Source: a virus
Strand: one strand, 5' to 3'
IMG/VR virus record: IMGVR_UViG_3300006175_000009
Coordinates: 1 to 64,000 of that record
Length of the DNA: 64,000 nucleotides
Under the pieces are notes generated by a model. The model saw nothing but the letters and a program-made list of their open reading frames with translations, had not been told where the DNA came from and ran no database searches. A program made the translations under genes and the position numbers. Numbering within the stretch: position 1 is the stretch's first letter; every line of letters begins with the position of its first letter. This document shows positions 44,367 through 55,053 of the stretch, piece by piece.

Positions 44367-46211
44367 TTAGCTGAACGGTGTTACGTCCGAGACCTGGAGA
44401 CCCTGGAGGATGCCCGAGTACTGCGGAGCGTGAGCGACCATCGCGCCGTACATGAAGATGCTGTAGCGGAAGGTCGCGTCCACGACAGGCCACGCGATGG
44501 ACATGTAGTCCTGGACCACGGTCATCTCCCAGGCGTTGGCCACGTTCGACCAGGTCTGTGGGAGCTGGTAGCTCATCAGCATGGCGGTACCCTGGGTGAG
44601 CCACGGGTGGACAACCAGCTTCAGAACCGAGCGGGTGATCGGGTTCTGGAACTCGGAGACCGCAGCGCCAACGCGGACGCCACCAACGTCAGGCTGGTCC
44701 AGGAAGAGACGGTAGTTGGTCGCCGCGCCCTGAGAGATCACGTCGTTCGAGAGGCGCATGATATCGCCACCCTCACCCACGATCTCCGCCGGGTCGGCAC
44801 GGAACGCGCCTGGGTTGTTACCGGCACCCTGAGCGCCATCCCACAGACCCTGGAGGGCGGTGTAGAGAGCGTTGAAGCTCAGGTGGGTACCCACGTTGGT
44901 GTTGACGTAGCCGCCCTGCCAGTTCGACGGGTAGACGCCGGAAGCGGCGCTCTTACCAGTCAGGGTCGGGATCAGACCCTCCATGCGGTTGTTGTTACCG
45001 GTACCGGTGTCCGCAGCCGGAGGGTTCGCACCAGAGCCCGGAGGAGTTCCCTGGATGGTGTACTTGGAGCCACCGACACCAGCCTTGACCAGGAAGGCGT
45101 TCGCACGGGTTGGCGAAGCGTTGGTCGAGACGTAGATGTTGAACTGCTGTCCACCGGCTGGTAGGGTTGCGTTCAGGTCAACAACCTGACCCGAAGTGGT
45201 GGAGATGGTGCTGGACTGCGCAGCCACGGTCTCACCGTAGTAGTTCGTCGCGGTGACGAACACGGTGAAGTTGGTGTTGGCACCAACGGTGGTCTCACCG
45301 GAACCGGCGGTACGGGCAGTCAGGGAGACGATGGTCGGAGCGCTCAGCGTGGTGCTGGAGCCCGCGATCATCTGGTACTCCTCGCCCAGCATGAACTCCT
45401 GAAGGAGGATCAGGTTGGCGAGAGCAGAAATGTCCTCGAAGCCCTGACCGGCGAACTGAGCCAGCCACGAGAGCGACTCGGTCATACCGAAGAACTTGTA
45501 CGGAACGTTGAGGGTGACCTCAGTCTGCGCACCCGCAGGCGGCAGGTTCAGTGGCCACTGAGAAGAGCTGAGACCAGCACCGGACTGCACAAGCTCCGGG
45601 ATCGAGATGTCAACAACACCCTGACCACCGGTCTGAGAGCCGGAGATACCGGTGAAGACCTTCTCGATGCGGCTGGTGCCCTGACCCTGAGGGCGAGGCA
45701 GCTTGTTGCGGAAGACCGTGTACATCGGGTAGATGAGACGGCTTGGCGCGAGCAGGTCGAACGGAACCAGGCCGTAGATCGAGCCGATGCCCAGGTTGCC
45801 TGCGGTGAAGGACTTGACGGCGTCCGCACCACCCGGCATACCACCGACGAGCTGCATGACCTGGTCACCGATGGACGGTGCGGTCAGCGCGCTCTTCAGG
45901 TAGCCGAACTGGTTCAGGAAGCCCTGGTTCATGCCCTTGACGACCTGCTGCTTGTCCGAGTAGCCCTGGTAGGTGCTCGTACGAAGGTCCAGTGTCGCCT
46001 GGTGCGCCTTGGTGACGATCTGAGACTCGTCAACCAGCGGTGTGTTACCGCCAGGCTTGGCGAATCCAGCGCCCTTGACTAGGCCGGACATGCGGTTCTT
46101 CAGCATGTCGCCAGCGTAGGTGAAGCGTCCAGCGTCCCGAGCGGCGTCGTTCATGACACCGTTGGCTCCCGCTGGCGCAATGTTCTCTGCGGAGAGAAGC
46201 TCCATTGCCAT
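44367..46211 (-). CDS. major capsid protein with internal Ig/FN3-like insertion
   Basis: Follows protease/scaffold; strongly biased codons; FDL.AP...YP..T..RN.LPR motif. Confidence 0.75.
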   Translation of the reverse strand: MAMELLSAENIAPAGANGVMNDAARDAGRFTYAGDMLKNRMSGLVKGAGFAKPGGNTPLVDESQIVTKAHQATLDLRTSTYQGYSDKQQVVKGMNQGFLNQFGYLKSALTAPSIGDQVMQLVGGMPGGADAVKSFTAGNLGIGSIYGLVPFDLLAPSRLIYPMYTVFRNKLPRPQGQGTSRIEKVFTGISGSQTGGQGVVDISIPELVQSGAGLSSSQWPLNLPPAGAQTEVTLNVPYKFFGMTESLSWLAQFAGQGFEDISALANLILLQEFMLGEEYQMIAGSSTTLSAPTIVSLTARTAGSGETTVGANTNFTVFVTATNYYGETVAAQSSTISTTSGQVVDLNATLPAGGQQFNIYVSTNASPTRANAFLVKAGVGGSKYTIQGTPPGSGANPPAADTGTGNNNRMEGLIPTLTGKSAASGVYPSNWQGGYVNTNVGTHLSFNALYTALQGLWDGAQGAGNNPGAFRADPAEIVGEGGDIMRLSNDVISQGAATNYRLFLDQPDVGGVRVGAAVSEFQNPITRSVLKLVVHPWLTQGTAMLMSYQLPQTWSNVANAWEMTVVQDYMSIAWPVVDATFRYSIFMYGAMVAHAPQYSGILQGLQVSDVTPFS

Positions 46212-46276
46212 TGATGAAACCCTTTGCTATGCTTGCAAGTGAGAGGAGTTGGTTGGGGCTATGACCCCTGAAAGGA

Positions 46277-48979
46277 CTAGGCCATGCCCCGCATCTTCAT
46301 GAGTGACGACCATGCAGCCTCCCGCTGCGCTGGGTCGGGGCTGGTGCGGAACTGAGACTCCAGCTCGCGCATCATCATCATCTGAGTCTGCTCCGCAGTC
46401 TCCGCGATGGTGCGAACAGGTGTGGCGCTCTTGTTGACTGGGTGAGAAAGAGCAACACCCTTGAACGCTGCTACAGACGGATCTGGCATGCTGGCCATTG
46501 AATCCAGAGTGGACTGTAGCTTGTCATTACGCTTGCGCTCTGCCTTCAGCGACTTGGTGACGGTGCGCAGCTCCGCTGCAAACTCGTCCTTCATCTGCTG
46601 GAACAGGGCAGTCAGGTCGGTCACCTGTGGGGTAGCCGCCTTTACAACATCAACTGTATCCGACTTGCTGGCCGGAGAGCCAACAGGCTGCGGAATCTCA
46701 GTCTCGCCCATTGGCACGTGGCCAAGGTCCTTCACGCCGCCCGGTGAGCCCATTGGGCACAGGTCTGGGAAGGTGTGGCTGATGTGGTCGTGGATCGCGT
46801 TCATCGCAGCCTTGGCGGCCTGACGAGAAGCGTCACTGTAGTCAACCGGCTTGACGACGCCAGTCTGGGATGGGTACTTGATCGGACGTGGGTCCATGCT
46901 CTTGTTCGACGGAGACTCGTCCGAGTGACCCGAAGACAGATATCCACCAGTGAAGTCAGACGCGGCGATCGAGCCAGACGGAACATCGTGAGTGTTCGGT
47001 CCCTCGGCACCAGGCGAACGACGAGCGTGCCCCTCCTGGATGAATGGGCGCTTGAACTGGCCTGCACGTGGCTGAGTCGGGACCGGAGCAGTGCCCGGAC
47101 CCATCTGAGCATCTGAGAACGCCTTGTGAAGTTCCATGCGGGCTTCGGTCAGCTCGGAGACGTGGTTCGTCGCCATGTTCTTCAGAGTCTCAGCAGCCTG
47201 CCAACGCTCGGTCGCACGGGCAGCCTCATCGAGAGGGGCTACGGAAGCAGCGTGAAGGGCCTCGTTCTGCCAGTAGCTCACGTCGATCGACTTGAGGGAG
47301 TGCGCTGGGTGGCACTTCTCGGCGTCGGCCGGGTGGAAGCCATCGCAGGTGAGGTCGTGGAGAGCACCGAGGTCAGAAGGCACGTTCAGGCTCTTCAGCA
47401 GCATGGCTGTGACCATCACGTGATCGTCGCTCTTGGTGGCTGGCAGACCATCTGGAGTAGGCGTCTTTCCGGGAACCGGAACCTTGCCGTTCTTCTTGGG
47501 CTTCTTCTCGTAGTACTCGGTGTCCGAGTCCAGAGACTTCGGCTTGCCCTGCTTCTTCGGCTTCTTCTTGGCGTCCTTGACAGGGGTGACCGCAGTGGTC
47601 TCCTGTGGCTCGCCAACAGTCTTGGAGCCAGGGACGTCAGCCTTCATGGCACCTGGCTGAGGAGCACCCTCGATGGGCATCTGGACTGTCATGTGGCCGT
47701 TCGCGTCGGTCGGGTCGGCTGGTGCCCCCTGGTCTGGAGTGGCACCCTTATCTGAGCTGTCAACTGGAGCACCGCACATAGGGCAGAAGTTCATGCCCGG
47801 ACCAACATCATGTCCGGTCTGGTCCATGTGATCCTTGGCGAGAATTGCACCAGAAGGAGCGTTCGGGTCCGCCGGAGCTGCCGCAGGATCGTGTGCAGGA
47901 GGAGCTGTGTGGCCTGTAGGGGCCGCCTGAGCCTGCGGAGTCGGGTGCTGAGGGGTTACCTGCCCTGGGGCCCCGTGAGGCGCTGGACGAGGTGCCTGAG
48001 CCTGTGCGTGGGCCGGTGGCGTAGGAGCTGCACCCGGAGTCGGTGGTGTGTGAGGTGGCATGCCACCCTGTGGAGCTGGAGTACTCATGGCACCCTTCTC
48101 GGCGCTGTCGTTTGACCAGGAATCAGGAAGGGCCGACTCGAAGCCCTTGCGACGCGCGATTGAGGTCAGGCGACGCTGGAACTTCTCCATGGGAATCTGG
48201 GGCTTGGCCCGCCCATATGAGCTTACCGCGTCGGAAACATCTGCCGCAGTAACGACCGGGAATCGACGGCCCTTGGGGTCAACGAAGTCCTCGGAAGGGA
48301 TCTTGTCCCGATCGACTCCACCGCCAACATCCGGGTCCATGTCCCGCTTCTCGGCAACACGACGGTGCTCCAGGAGCTTGGCCAGATCGGACGGCGAGAA
48401 TGTACCCGCAGCCTTCTGGACAGTCTCCTCTTCGGGGCCCTCGTGCAGGATGCCGGTGATGGCAGCGTTCGCCCCAGCAGCCTTGGCCAGCTCTAGGTAG
48501 CTCGAAGGGTTGGCCGGACGGTCCACGATGGACAGCTCGGAAAGCTCGCCACCACAGATGATACCACCACGTGCACGGCCAGTTGGGTCGCGCTTGATGA
48601 CTGGGTGCGAGATGCCAACGGAGTAGGCGCGAAGAACACCCTTCTCAACGAGGCGCTGTGCAGTCGGGTCCACAATGACGGACTTGACCCAGTGCTTGCC
48701 ATCGCCGTCTCGGTCGATCTCAACCGAAAGGCCCTTGCCGACCGGGCGCTGAGCGTCATGGCTCATGCGGACATTTCCACCGGTCTCAAGCCACTTGGCG
48801 AGCGCTCCGGCAGACCAATCGGGGTCTACGATCTGGTAGTCGCTGTCAACAGAACCGTCAGTGGCCACGCCCTTGACGATTAGGTCGCCATCCGCATCCT
48901 TCTCCATCTTGGAAATGGGGAAGCTGACCGTGATGGTTTCGACCTGTGTCGATTCGACTTCGGTTAGCGTGGTGGCCAC
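46277..48979 (-). CDS. prohead protease (HK97-type) + scaffold fusion
   Basis: V.G.AT...D.D.Q, NVRMSH, AYSVG, ELSIVDRPANP; long Pro-rich and coiled-coil C-terminus. Confidence 0.85.
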   Translation of the reverse strand: MATTLTEVESTQVETITVSFPISKMEKDADGDLIVKGVATDGSVDSDYQIVDPDWSAGALAKWLETGGNVRMSHDAQRPVGKGLSVEIDRDGDGKHWVKSVIVDPTAQRLVEKGVLRAYSVGISHPVIKRDPTGRARGGIICGGELSELSIVDRPANPSSYLELAKAAGANAAITGILHEGPEEETVQKAAGTFSPSDLAKLLEHRRVAEKRDMDPDVGGGVDRDKIPSEDFVDPKGRRFPVVTAADVSDAVSSYGRAKPQIPMEKFQRRLTSIARRKGFESALPDSWSNDSAEKGAMSTPAPQGGMPPHTPPTPGAAPTPPAHAQAQAPRPAPHGAPGQVTPQHPTPQAQAAPTGHTAPPAHDPAAAPADPNAPSGAILAKDHMDQTGHDVGPGMNFCPMCGAPVDSSDKGATPDQGAPADPTDANGHMTVQMPIEGAPQPGAMKADVPGSKTVGEPQETTAVTPVKDAKKKPKKQGKPKSLDSDTEYYEKKPKKNGKVPVPGKTPTPDGLPATKSDDHVMVTAMLLKSLNVPSDLGALHDLTCDGFHPADAEKCHPAHSLKSIDVSYWQNEALHAASVAPLDEAARATERWQAAETLKNMATNHVSELTEARMELHKAFSDAQMGPGTAPVPTQPRAGQFKRPFIQEGHARRSPGAEGPNTHDVPSGSIAASDFTGGYLSSGHSDESPSNKSMDPRPIKYPSQTGVVKPVDYSDASRQAAKAAMNAIHDHISHTFPDLCPMGSPGGVKDLGHVPMGETEIPQPVGSPASKSDTVDVVKAATPQVTDLTALFQQMKDEFAAELRTVTKSLKAERKRNDKLQSTLDSMASMPDPSVAAFKGVALSHPVNKSATPVRTIAETAEQTQMMMMRELESQFRTSPDPAQREAAWSSLMKMRGMA

Positions 48980-49123
48980 TGGACTCCTAGCGGGATTGGT
49001 CAGAGTACAAACCCTGACTGTGATGATGTTAAAGCCTAGAGTTAGGTCTTGACAACTCCGGCTGCCATTTGAATTTTACAAAGACGGGCGGGCTGACCCG
49101 AATGAGCCAGCCCGCCCCCTTTC

Positions 49124-52100
49124 CTAGTTTCCTCCGCCTGCACCGGAAGGAGCCTGGTGGACAAGCCCTGAGGCATCCTGACCGGTCATGTTTCCGTAGC
49201 GGACCTGGCAGAACGTACGCGAATTCTCCAGACCGAGCGTCTGTGTAGCCAGGGTTACACAACGGCCAATGTCGCCAGTGGTTCCCCACTTGATCTGGGC
49301 GGCACCAGCTCCGGTCTCGAAGAAGTCGATCAGAGTCGGGTCCTGCATCATGATCGACTCGTCAACAACGCCCTGCTGGGAGACGTGCTGCTCAGGAGCT
49401 GGGGCAACTGTCGGTGTGGCAGCAGGAGCCGACTGTCCTCCACCTAGCTGCTCGTGGATTGCCATGCCCATGCCCTTGTCGGCCTTGATGGCATCCCACT
49501 CATCGCACACGTCTTCAGCCTTGATCAGGCCCTCGACCAGAGTGCAGGAACCCGAAGGCAGGAACATGCTGCACGTTCCACAGCGCTTGTTCGGGTTGTC
49601 CGACTCACGGTAGTCAACGGACTCCTTGGAGACCTTCTGACCCTTCTCCGCGTCCGGTCGTGCAACCGTAGCAGAACCAGACTGCTTGCCATCCTTGGCG
49701 AACTGGTAACTGTGCGTCTGCTCCCAGCGATCGTCGTCTTCTGGAACGAATCCCAGGTAAGTGACGAACGGGCGACCAAGCTTCTTGTAGGCAAGCACGC
49801 GGTGGTGCCCGTCCACAATCTTGATTCGGCTGTCACCTTCGGTCTGACGGATGCTGATTCCAGGCTTGAGTTCCTTGCCCTTCTTCAGCTTCTTGGCCAT
49901 CTCCGCCACGGACTCAGGTTCGTTCGCAGCAGCCCAGTTGTCCGCGTCATCAAAGTCGATGCGCTCCAGTGGAACTTCCACCGGTCCGACCCAGCGAGCA
50001 TCCTTGACCCACTTGAGACCCTTGTCATCGAAGTCTCCGCGCATCATGTTCAGCACGTGAGTCTCAGCAACAGGGTTCGGGTCGTCAAGATCCTTGGCAC
50101 CCTTGCCAACTGCATCTCCGGAGACATGCATGTCGTTGACGTCATGAGGCTGAAGCTCGTAGCCTCCGTGCGTGTAGTCTCCAGGACGCCAGTCCCCGAT
50201 GAGATCCTTCCAGAACACCTGACCAGCAGAATCCACGAGGCGCTGCTGACGGACCATCTCCACAGCCTGGTCAACCTCTGCACCCTTGGCCATGTACTCG
50301 TTGATCCGAGCAAGCACATCACTGCTCAGGTGGCGTGGTTCCCAGTCGGAGACCTGACGCCCCTTCTTGACGTGGCGAGCCATCGACTCCAGCTCGGAGA
50401 GAATCGCTCGTGTCTTGCTGGCGAACACCCGAGCCACATCGGCATCGCTGACGTCCTGCGCCTTGACCGACTGCGGTGGAAGCTTTCCGGAAGCGCGTAC
50501 GCGGCCGTTGATCAGCTCCGCAACGCGGTCCTTCATGTCTCCACGGGACAGCTCGGTCATGCCACGGTCCTCGTGAGGCTTTGTGGCAGTGTCCTTCCGC
50601 TTTGCCTCCGAGTACTCAAGAGAGCAGTTGCAACGCGGCCCACCCTCACAGATATCCCCGAAAGCGCCGTCACCCGGGTATCCCGGTAGCTCGCTCAGGG
50701 AGAAGGTCTGACCATCGCGGTCGATGCACAGAGCGCAGTTCTCGCCAGAGCCCAGGTGCCAAGTGGCTTCCCACTCACCCCCGCTTGCCCTGACAGCATC
50801 ACCATACGCCTTGTTGTACGCGAACTGCAAGCTCTGCGCATAAATGCCGATGCGACCCTTGAGCTTCTTGTCAGGCTTGGCGATGGCCGTCTGGATCAGA
50901 CCGTCCAGCCACTGACGCTGACCCTCAGCCAGCTTCCACTCCTGCTCGTGACCTGCGCTGTTTCCAGTGTAGTCCAGCTCAAGATCGTCGGTGGCGTCGT
51001 CTACGGCCTTGGACATGACGTCCTTGTAGCCCGCCGTGAGGAACGTGACCCCAAGGTGCACAGCCTTGTTGCGGTCGATCTTGCCATCCCGAACAGACTC
51101 TACAAGCTGCTCAAGCTGGTCGCCGACCTTCTCTGTGAACTTGTCGATCCGCTTGGTGCGGCGGTCCTGGAACTTGTTCCCACCCTTGACGATCTCAGGC
51201 TCTTCGCCCTTGGCCATCGGAAGCGGAACCTCTGGGGTGTCAGCACCGGCAGTGGCAGCGTGATGACCTGGAGTCATCTCAGGCTCGCCAGCCGGAACCT
51301 CAACACCACCGGCAGGAGAAGCCAGATCGGGGGTCGAAGGCTCAGCGGGATCACCCGGAACAGGCTCGCCTGAGTCTGCCGAAGCACCGGCCCCAGAAGG
51401 ACCGCCAGGGCCTGTTGCAGGCATACCGTCCGGGCTGACGAAGACAGAGCCTTCCTGGGCACCTGTACGGGCCGCAGCGATGGCCTCTGTGAGCGGAGTC
51501 CAGCCAGTAGCGGTCGCCCAACCTGGGTCGCTGGTCTCAGGCAGGCCCCAAGGCTGAAGGTCAAGCTCCTCGCGAGCCTCGTCAATCGAGCGGAGAGCGG
51601 AGCCAACCTGGTCAATCAGGATCTGAGTCTTGATCTGCTCGTCTTCGCCCTCTTCCAGACCCTCGAACATGAAGCGCATGTCCGACTGGCCGCAGACCTC
51701 CTGAATGATCACATTCATAATGTCGGCGACGAAGGAGAGGAAAGGCTTGGTGGCCTTGCGCTCGTGAATGTTCTGGCTCGACTTGCTCATCTGGTTGGCT
51801 GCGCCAGGCGAAACGGTGGTCGAGACCTTCGGCATGATGCCCAGCTCCATTGGCTGAACGTCAAATGCCATGCAGACCTGGTTCATCACGATCTCATCGA
51901 ACTGGTCCGCAAGCTGGCCCTGCTTCTGCGGCATGACCTTCGAGTCGGCAGGCAGAACGATGATCTTGTGCTTCCATGCCGGGTCACCAGCAATCGCGTT
52001 CAGGGCGTCCTGAAGCTCGCGAATCTGGTTCGGGGTCATGTTCGCATTCGCACCACCAGGAGAGATGTAGACGGCCGGAACCGTTCCCTCACGGTAGTAG

Positions 52101-53107
52101 TCAAGCTGGAAGCCCTGCTTCTGGAGACCGGCCATGACCGGAATCAGAGCGCGCTCAACTGGCGGGAATCCATAAGGAGTCCAACGACGTGCCACCATCG
52201 GCAGGTACAGAAGCTGACCAGCGTGGAACTGGCTCACCTCGGAGCCATTCAGTCGGCCGTCGTCCAGATCCCTTTCGGTGATCAGGGACATGAGATCAAC
52301 GCGAGGAACTCCGTACAGATACTGCTGGTAAGCGGGCGCTGGTGGACGTGGGCGCTCACCGTGCATGCCGAATAGCGGCCTGATGGTCGGGCCGGAGATC
52401 AGCGAAAGAGAGTCAAGGTCGGACCCAAGAAGCCCATGCCCATGACCACGAGCCCACTTGGGCCGGATAAGCAGAGACAGCGCATCGAAGACGAAGACCT
52501 CTTCGGAAAGCGCGTCCAGGAAAGAGGCCCAGTTGAAGAAGTCCGGGTCGGGACGCTTGAAGAACTTGACGACCTCCGCCCTGCGAGAACCGAAGCTCTT
52601 GGCCAGGGACGGGCTTCCTCGCATGGCCTTGGAGGCGTCACGGGTCGGCAGAATGTCCCACTCGACACCACGGACCTCGTTCTTGCGGAGTTGAATGCAG
52701 GCACGTGCGACCGAATACAGATCGGCCAGAGTCTTGAGAGTGGAGAAGTCGGCGAGCTTTACGCCCTCAGAGCCAGGCTGGCCTACCGGAAGGTTCCAAC
52801 CTACCTGGTATTCCTGGAGACGTGGCTCGGAAAAGCCACTGTCCTGTGAGGGAACATCGACCGGAACCGGAAGAATCGGGTTCTGCGGACCGAATGAACC
52901 ATCGGAGAAGATGGACGGATCACGAGGAAGGACTAGGCTGCCACTTCCGTATGCGTGACCCCAGCTCATGGTGTCCATGCTGTTGGCCATGGCGGCTGCG
53001 CCATTACCCCAAGCGCCACCCGAAACAGGAGCCCCGCCCATGCCAGACATTCCACCTGGAGATGGAAATGCCTTGTTGGCTGCGAGGATTGACTTGCGAC
53101 TTGCCAC
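49124..53107 (-). CDS. portal protein fused to MuF-like, ParB-like and Cys-cluster domains
   Basis: Portal: YGFPPVE, YY.EG.VP, F.V.P.ELG, IDEAR; CALC...CNC (MuF-like); IVDGHHR; CGTC..F....C.LV.G.I....C..W. Confidence 0.85.
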   Translation of the reverse strand: MASRKSILAANKAFPSPGGMSGMGGAPVSGGAWGNGAAAMANSMDTMSWGHAYGSGSLVLPRDPSIFSDGSFGPQNPILPVPVDVPSQDSGFSEPRLQEYQVGWNLPVGQPGSEGVKLADFSTLKTLADLYSVARACIQLRKNEVRGVEWDILPTRDASKAMRGSPSLAKSFGSRRAEVVKFFKRPDPDFFNWASFLDALSEEVFVFDALSLLIRPKWARGHGHGLLGSDLDSLSLISGPTIRPLFGMHGERPRPPAPAYQQYLYGVPRVDLMSLITERDLDDGRLNGSEVSQFHAGQLLYLPMVARRWTPYGFPPVERALIPVMAGLQKQGFQLDYYREGTVPAVYISPGGANANMTPNQIRELQDALNAIAGDPAWKHKIIVLPADSKVMPQKQGQLADQFDEIVMNQVCMAFDVQPMELGIMPKVSTTVSPGAANQMSKSSQNIHERKATKPFLSFVADIMNVIIQEVCGQSDMRFMFEGLEEGEDEQIKTQILIDQVGSALRSIDEAREELDLQPWGLPETSDPGWATATGWTPLTEAIAAARTGAQEGSVFVSPDGMPATGPGGPSGAGASADSGEPVPGDPAEPSTPDLASPAGGVEVPAGEPEMTPGHHAATAGADTPEVPLPMAKGEEPEIVKGGNKFQDRRTKRIDKFTEKVGDQLEQLVESVRDGKIDRNKAVHLGVTFLTAGYKDVMSKAVDDATDDLELDYTGNSAGHEQEWKLAEGQRQWLDGLIQTAIAKPDKKLKGRIGIYAQSLQFAYNKAYGDAVRASGGEWEATWHLGSGENCALCIDRDGQTFSLSELPGYPGDGAFGDICEGGPRCNCSLEYSEAKRKDTATKPHEDRGMTELSRGDMKDRVAELINGRVRASGKLPPQSVKAQDVSDADVARVFASKTRAILSELESMARHVKKGRQVSDWEPRHLSSDVLARINEYMAKGAEVDQAVEMVRQQRLVDSAGQVFWKDLIGDWRPGDYTHGGYELQPHDVNDMHVSGDAVGKGAKDLDDPNPVAETHVLNMMRGDFDDKGLKWVKDARWVGPVEVPLERIDFDDADNWAAANEPESVAEMAKKLKKGKELKPGISIRQTEGDSRIKIVDGHHRVLAYKKLGRPFVTYLGFVPEDDDRWEQTHSYQFAKDGKQSGSATVARPDAEKGQKVSKESVDYRESDNPNKRCGTCSMFLPSGSCTLVEGLIKAEDVCDEWDAIKADKGMGMAIHEQLGGGQSAPAATPTVAPAPEQHVSQQGVVDESIMMQDPTLIDFFETGAGAAQIKWGTTGDIGRCVTLATQTLGLENSRTFCQVRYGNMTGQDASGLVHQAPSGAGGGN

Positions 53108-53316
53108 TCTATTGGCCTCCGGCCGTGTTGTGGACTCAACGTCTCCGACGCCAAGCCTCTTGACTAAAGACCTACTCTACAGCCGTTAGGTTCCAAGTGG
53201 AAGCTGGAGAGCTATGGTTGCTGGCTGGACTACCACGGGGTCAGTCGTTTGTGCGAGAACTGGAACGGTCGGTAGACGCAGAGTGATCCCACTCGCGGTA
53301 ATGGACACAACCGGCA

Positions 53317-54111
53317 TTAGATGGCCGTCCAAACGGTTCCATCAGAAATCAGGGTGACCTTGGCTCCGGCAGACGACAGAACCAGTGACGACAGACCGTC
53401 GATCAGCGCTCCGCCGACAGGAACCTGGACCGTAACCGTGTTGAGGGAGGTGTCTACCTTCTTGATGACGACCTGCATCGACGGAGGCGCGGAAGGGGGC
53501 AGCGTAACGACAATGGGCGCAGTGAGAGCGTTGGCCTTGACAACGTCCCAGAAGTTCGCAGTGACCGACACATTGACATTCCGAACGAAGTAGAGCGGAA
53601 CGCCACCGAGATTCGCCAGAGCAGTCGAAGGAGCTGTCAGGTCTGAAAGGTTGTTGGCCTTCTGAGTGGCATTCACGATTCGGGGATCATTGCCCGCTGC
53701 AATCGTTCCAGGCCCAGTTCCAACCTGAACGACCTGAACCCAGATAGCAGCACCTGGCGTGGCATTGGTGCAGATATACGCGGTCGAGGTCACCGTGTTC
53801 ATCCACAGCGAGGCCACTCCGTAGCCCTGGGTGGAGTCATTGGCGACAGTCGGATTGACCTTGCTCTGAAGGTTGCAGGCACCTGTTCCGGTTACGAACT
53901 GACGCAGGTTTCCCCAGTACCCCTGAACCTTCGGGCCGTAGAAACCTGCGTAGTTGTTGCTGTCGATGTAGAAGTCGCCGTCGTTGCCAACGGTTCCCGG
54001 ATCTGGAACTCCCTGTCCTACGAGCCAGCTAACACCGGTTGCCACTGGACTTGGCCCCACAATCACATTCGCGCCAGAAACACTGACGAGTCCACTCTGA
54101 ACGGCTGCCAT
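53317..54111 (-). CDS. fibre-like virion protein
   Basis: G.P....G.DGDFYID, NNLSDL, VTLP...KKVD...VTV motifs. Confidence 0.6.
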   Translation of the reverse strand: MAAVQSGLVSVSGANVIVGPSPVATGVSWLVGQGVPDPGTVGNDGDFYIDSNNYAGFYGPKVQGYWGNLRQFVTGTGACNLQSKVNPTVANDSTQGYGVASLWMNTVTSTAYICTNATPGAAIWVQVVQVGTGPGTIAAGNDPRIVNATQKANNLSDLTAPSTALANLGGVPLYFVRNVNVSVTANFWDVVKANALTAPIVVTLPPSAPPSMQVVIKKVDTSLNTVTVQVPVGGALIDGLSSLVLSSAGAKVTLISDGTVWTAI

Positions 54112-54491
54112 TACTGGGCCATCGCGATCTGCTGAGCGAAGGCAGTCCCTGATACCCAGGCCGTAGCGTCAGAGAGACCGGGGTCCATCCACAGCGAGTA
54201 GACGTAGCCCTTCTGGGTCAGTGCTCCGGTAGCAGTAGGGGACAGGATCACCTGCACGGTCATCTTGTTCGTGTCCACCACGATGGAACCAGCAGCACTG
54301 GAGGCAGAGGATAGAACCTTGATTGCAGGGGTCACCGAAGAAGCCTCGGAAGGGTCGTTTCGAACGACGAATTCCCAGGTCTTGCCCGTGATGTTGAACG
54401 GAGTGCCGTCAGAGTTCTGAATGGTGTAGGTCTGAGACCACTGGGAACCGATGCCCACATTGATACTCAGGGCGTTTGGTAGAGCCGCCAT
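54111..54491 (-). CDS. BppU-N-like / Ig-like virion protein
   Basis: G.PFNITG.....VR, L....T..L...YVY.L motif. Confidence 0.55.
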   Translation of the reverse strand: MAALPNALSINVGIGSQWSQTYTIQNSDGTPFNITGKTWEFVVRNDPSEASSVTPAIKVLSSASSAAGSIVVDTNKMTVQVILSPTATGALTQKGYVYSLWMDPGLSDATAWVSGTAFAQQIAMAQ

Positions 54492-54506
54492 CCTACCCCC
54501 TCCTTG

Positions 54507-54803
54507 TTATGGTGCTGCTGTTGGAGTTGCGGGCGGAGAAGTGATCCCGGCCTGCTGTTGCACTAGGGTGACCGCGTCAGAATCTGCCCAGTTTAGCGTC
54601 TTACAGCTTAGCAGTGACGGGTCCTGATTGGAATTGTACTGCTGCTGACAGTAAGCGTTGAACGTTGCCGTGAAAGCTACCAGGGCTGACGGGTCAAAAT
54701 ACGGAAACGGTGGGACCAGTGCTACCGGAGTCCCCGTAATCGGGTTGTCCATGTAGTAAACGTAAGTAGGTGAATTGTTGCCGGACACGAGCTTGTTAGC
54801 CAT
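54507..54803 (-). CDS. hypothetical protein
   Basis: ORF in operon. Confidence 0.5.
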   Translation of the reverse strand: MANKLVSGNNSPTYVYYMDNPITGTPVALVPPFPYFDPSALVAFTATFNAYCQQQYNSNQDPSLLSCKTLNWADSDAVTLVQQQAGITSPPATPTAAP

Positions 54804-55050
54804 GGCTGCGCGTACCAATCCAGTCGTTAACCCAACCGGTAGCCTTGATCTCGGTCACGTCGATGACGCCCATGCGCCAAGCCAGTTCGCAATACTGGCC
54901 CACCAGGCTTTCGAAATGCGTCAGCTCATCGCCCCGATCGAATCCGAAAGGAGGGCTCAGCGTGATGTCACTTCGAGTGACAGGGTTCTGGAGCTTTTCG
55001 ACCTTGAAGCGATAGGGCTCCCCCGTGCTCATATTGATCAGATCGGACAT
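54796..55050 (-). CDS. hypothetical protein
   Basis: ORF in operon. Confidence 0.5.
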   Translation of the reverse strand: MSDLINMSTGEPYRFKVEKLQNPVTRSDITLSPPFGFDRGDELTHFESLVGQYCELAWRMGVIDVTEIKATGWVNDWIGTRSHG

Positions 55051-55053
55051 GCC

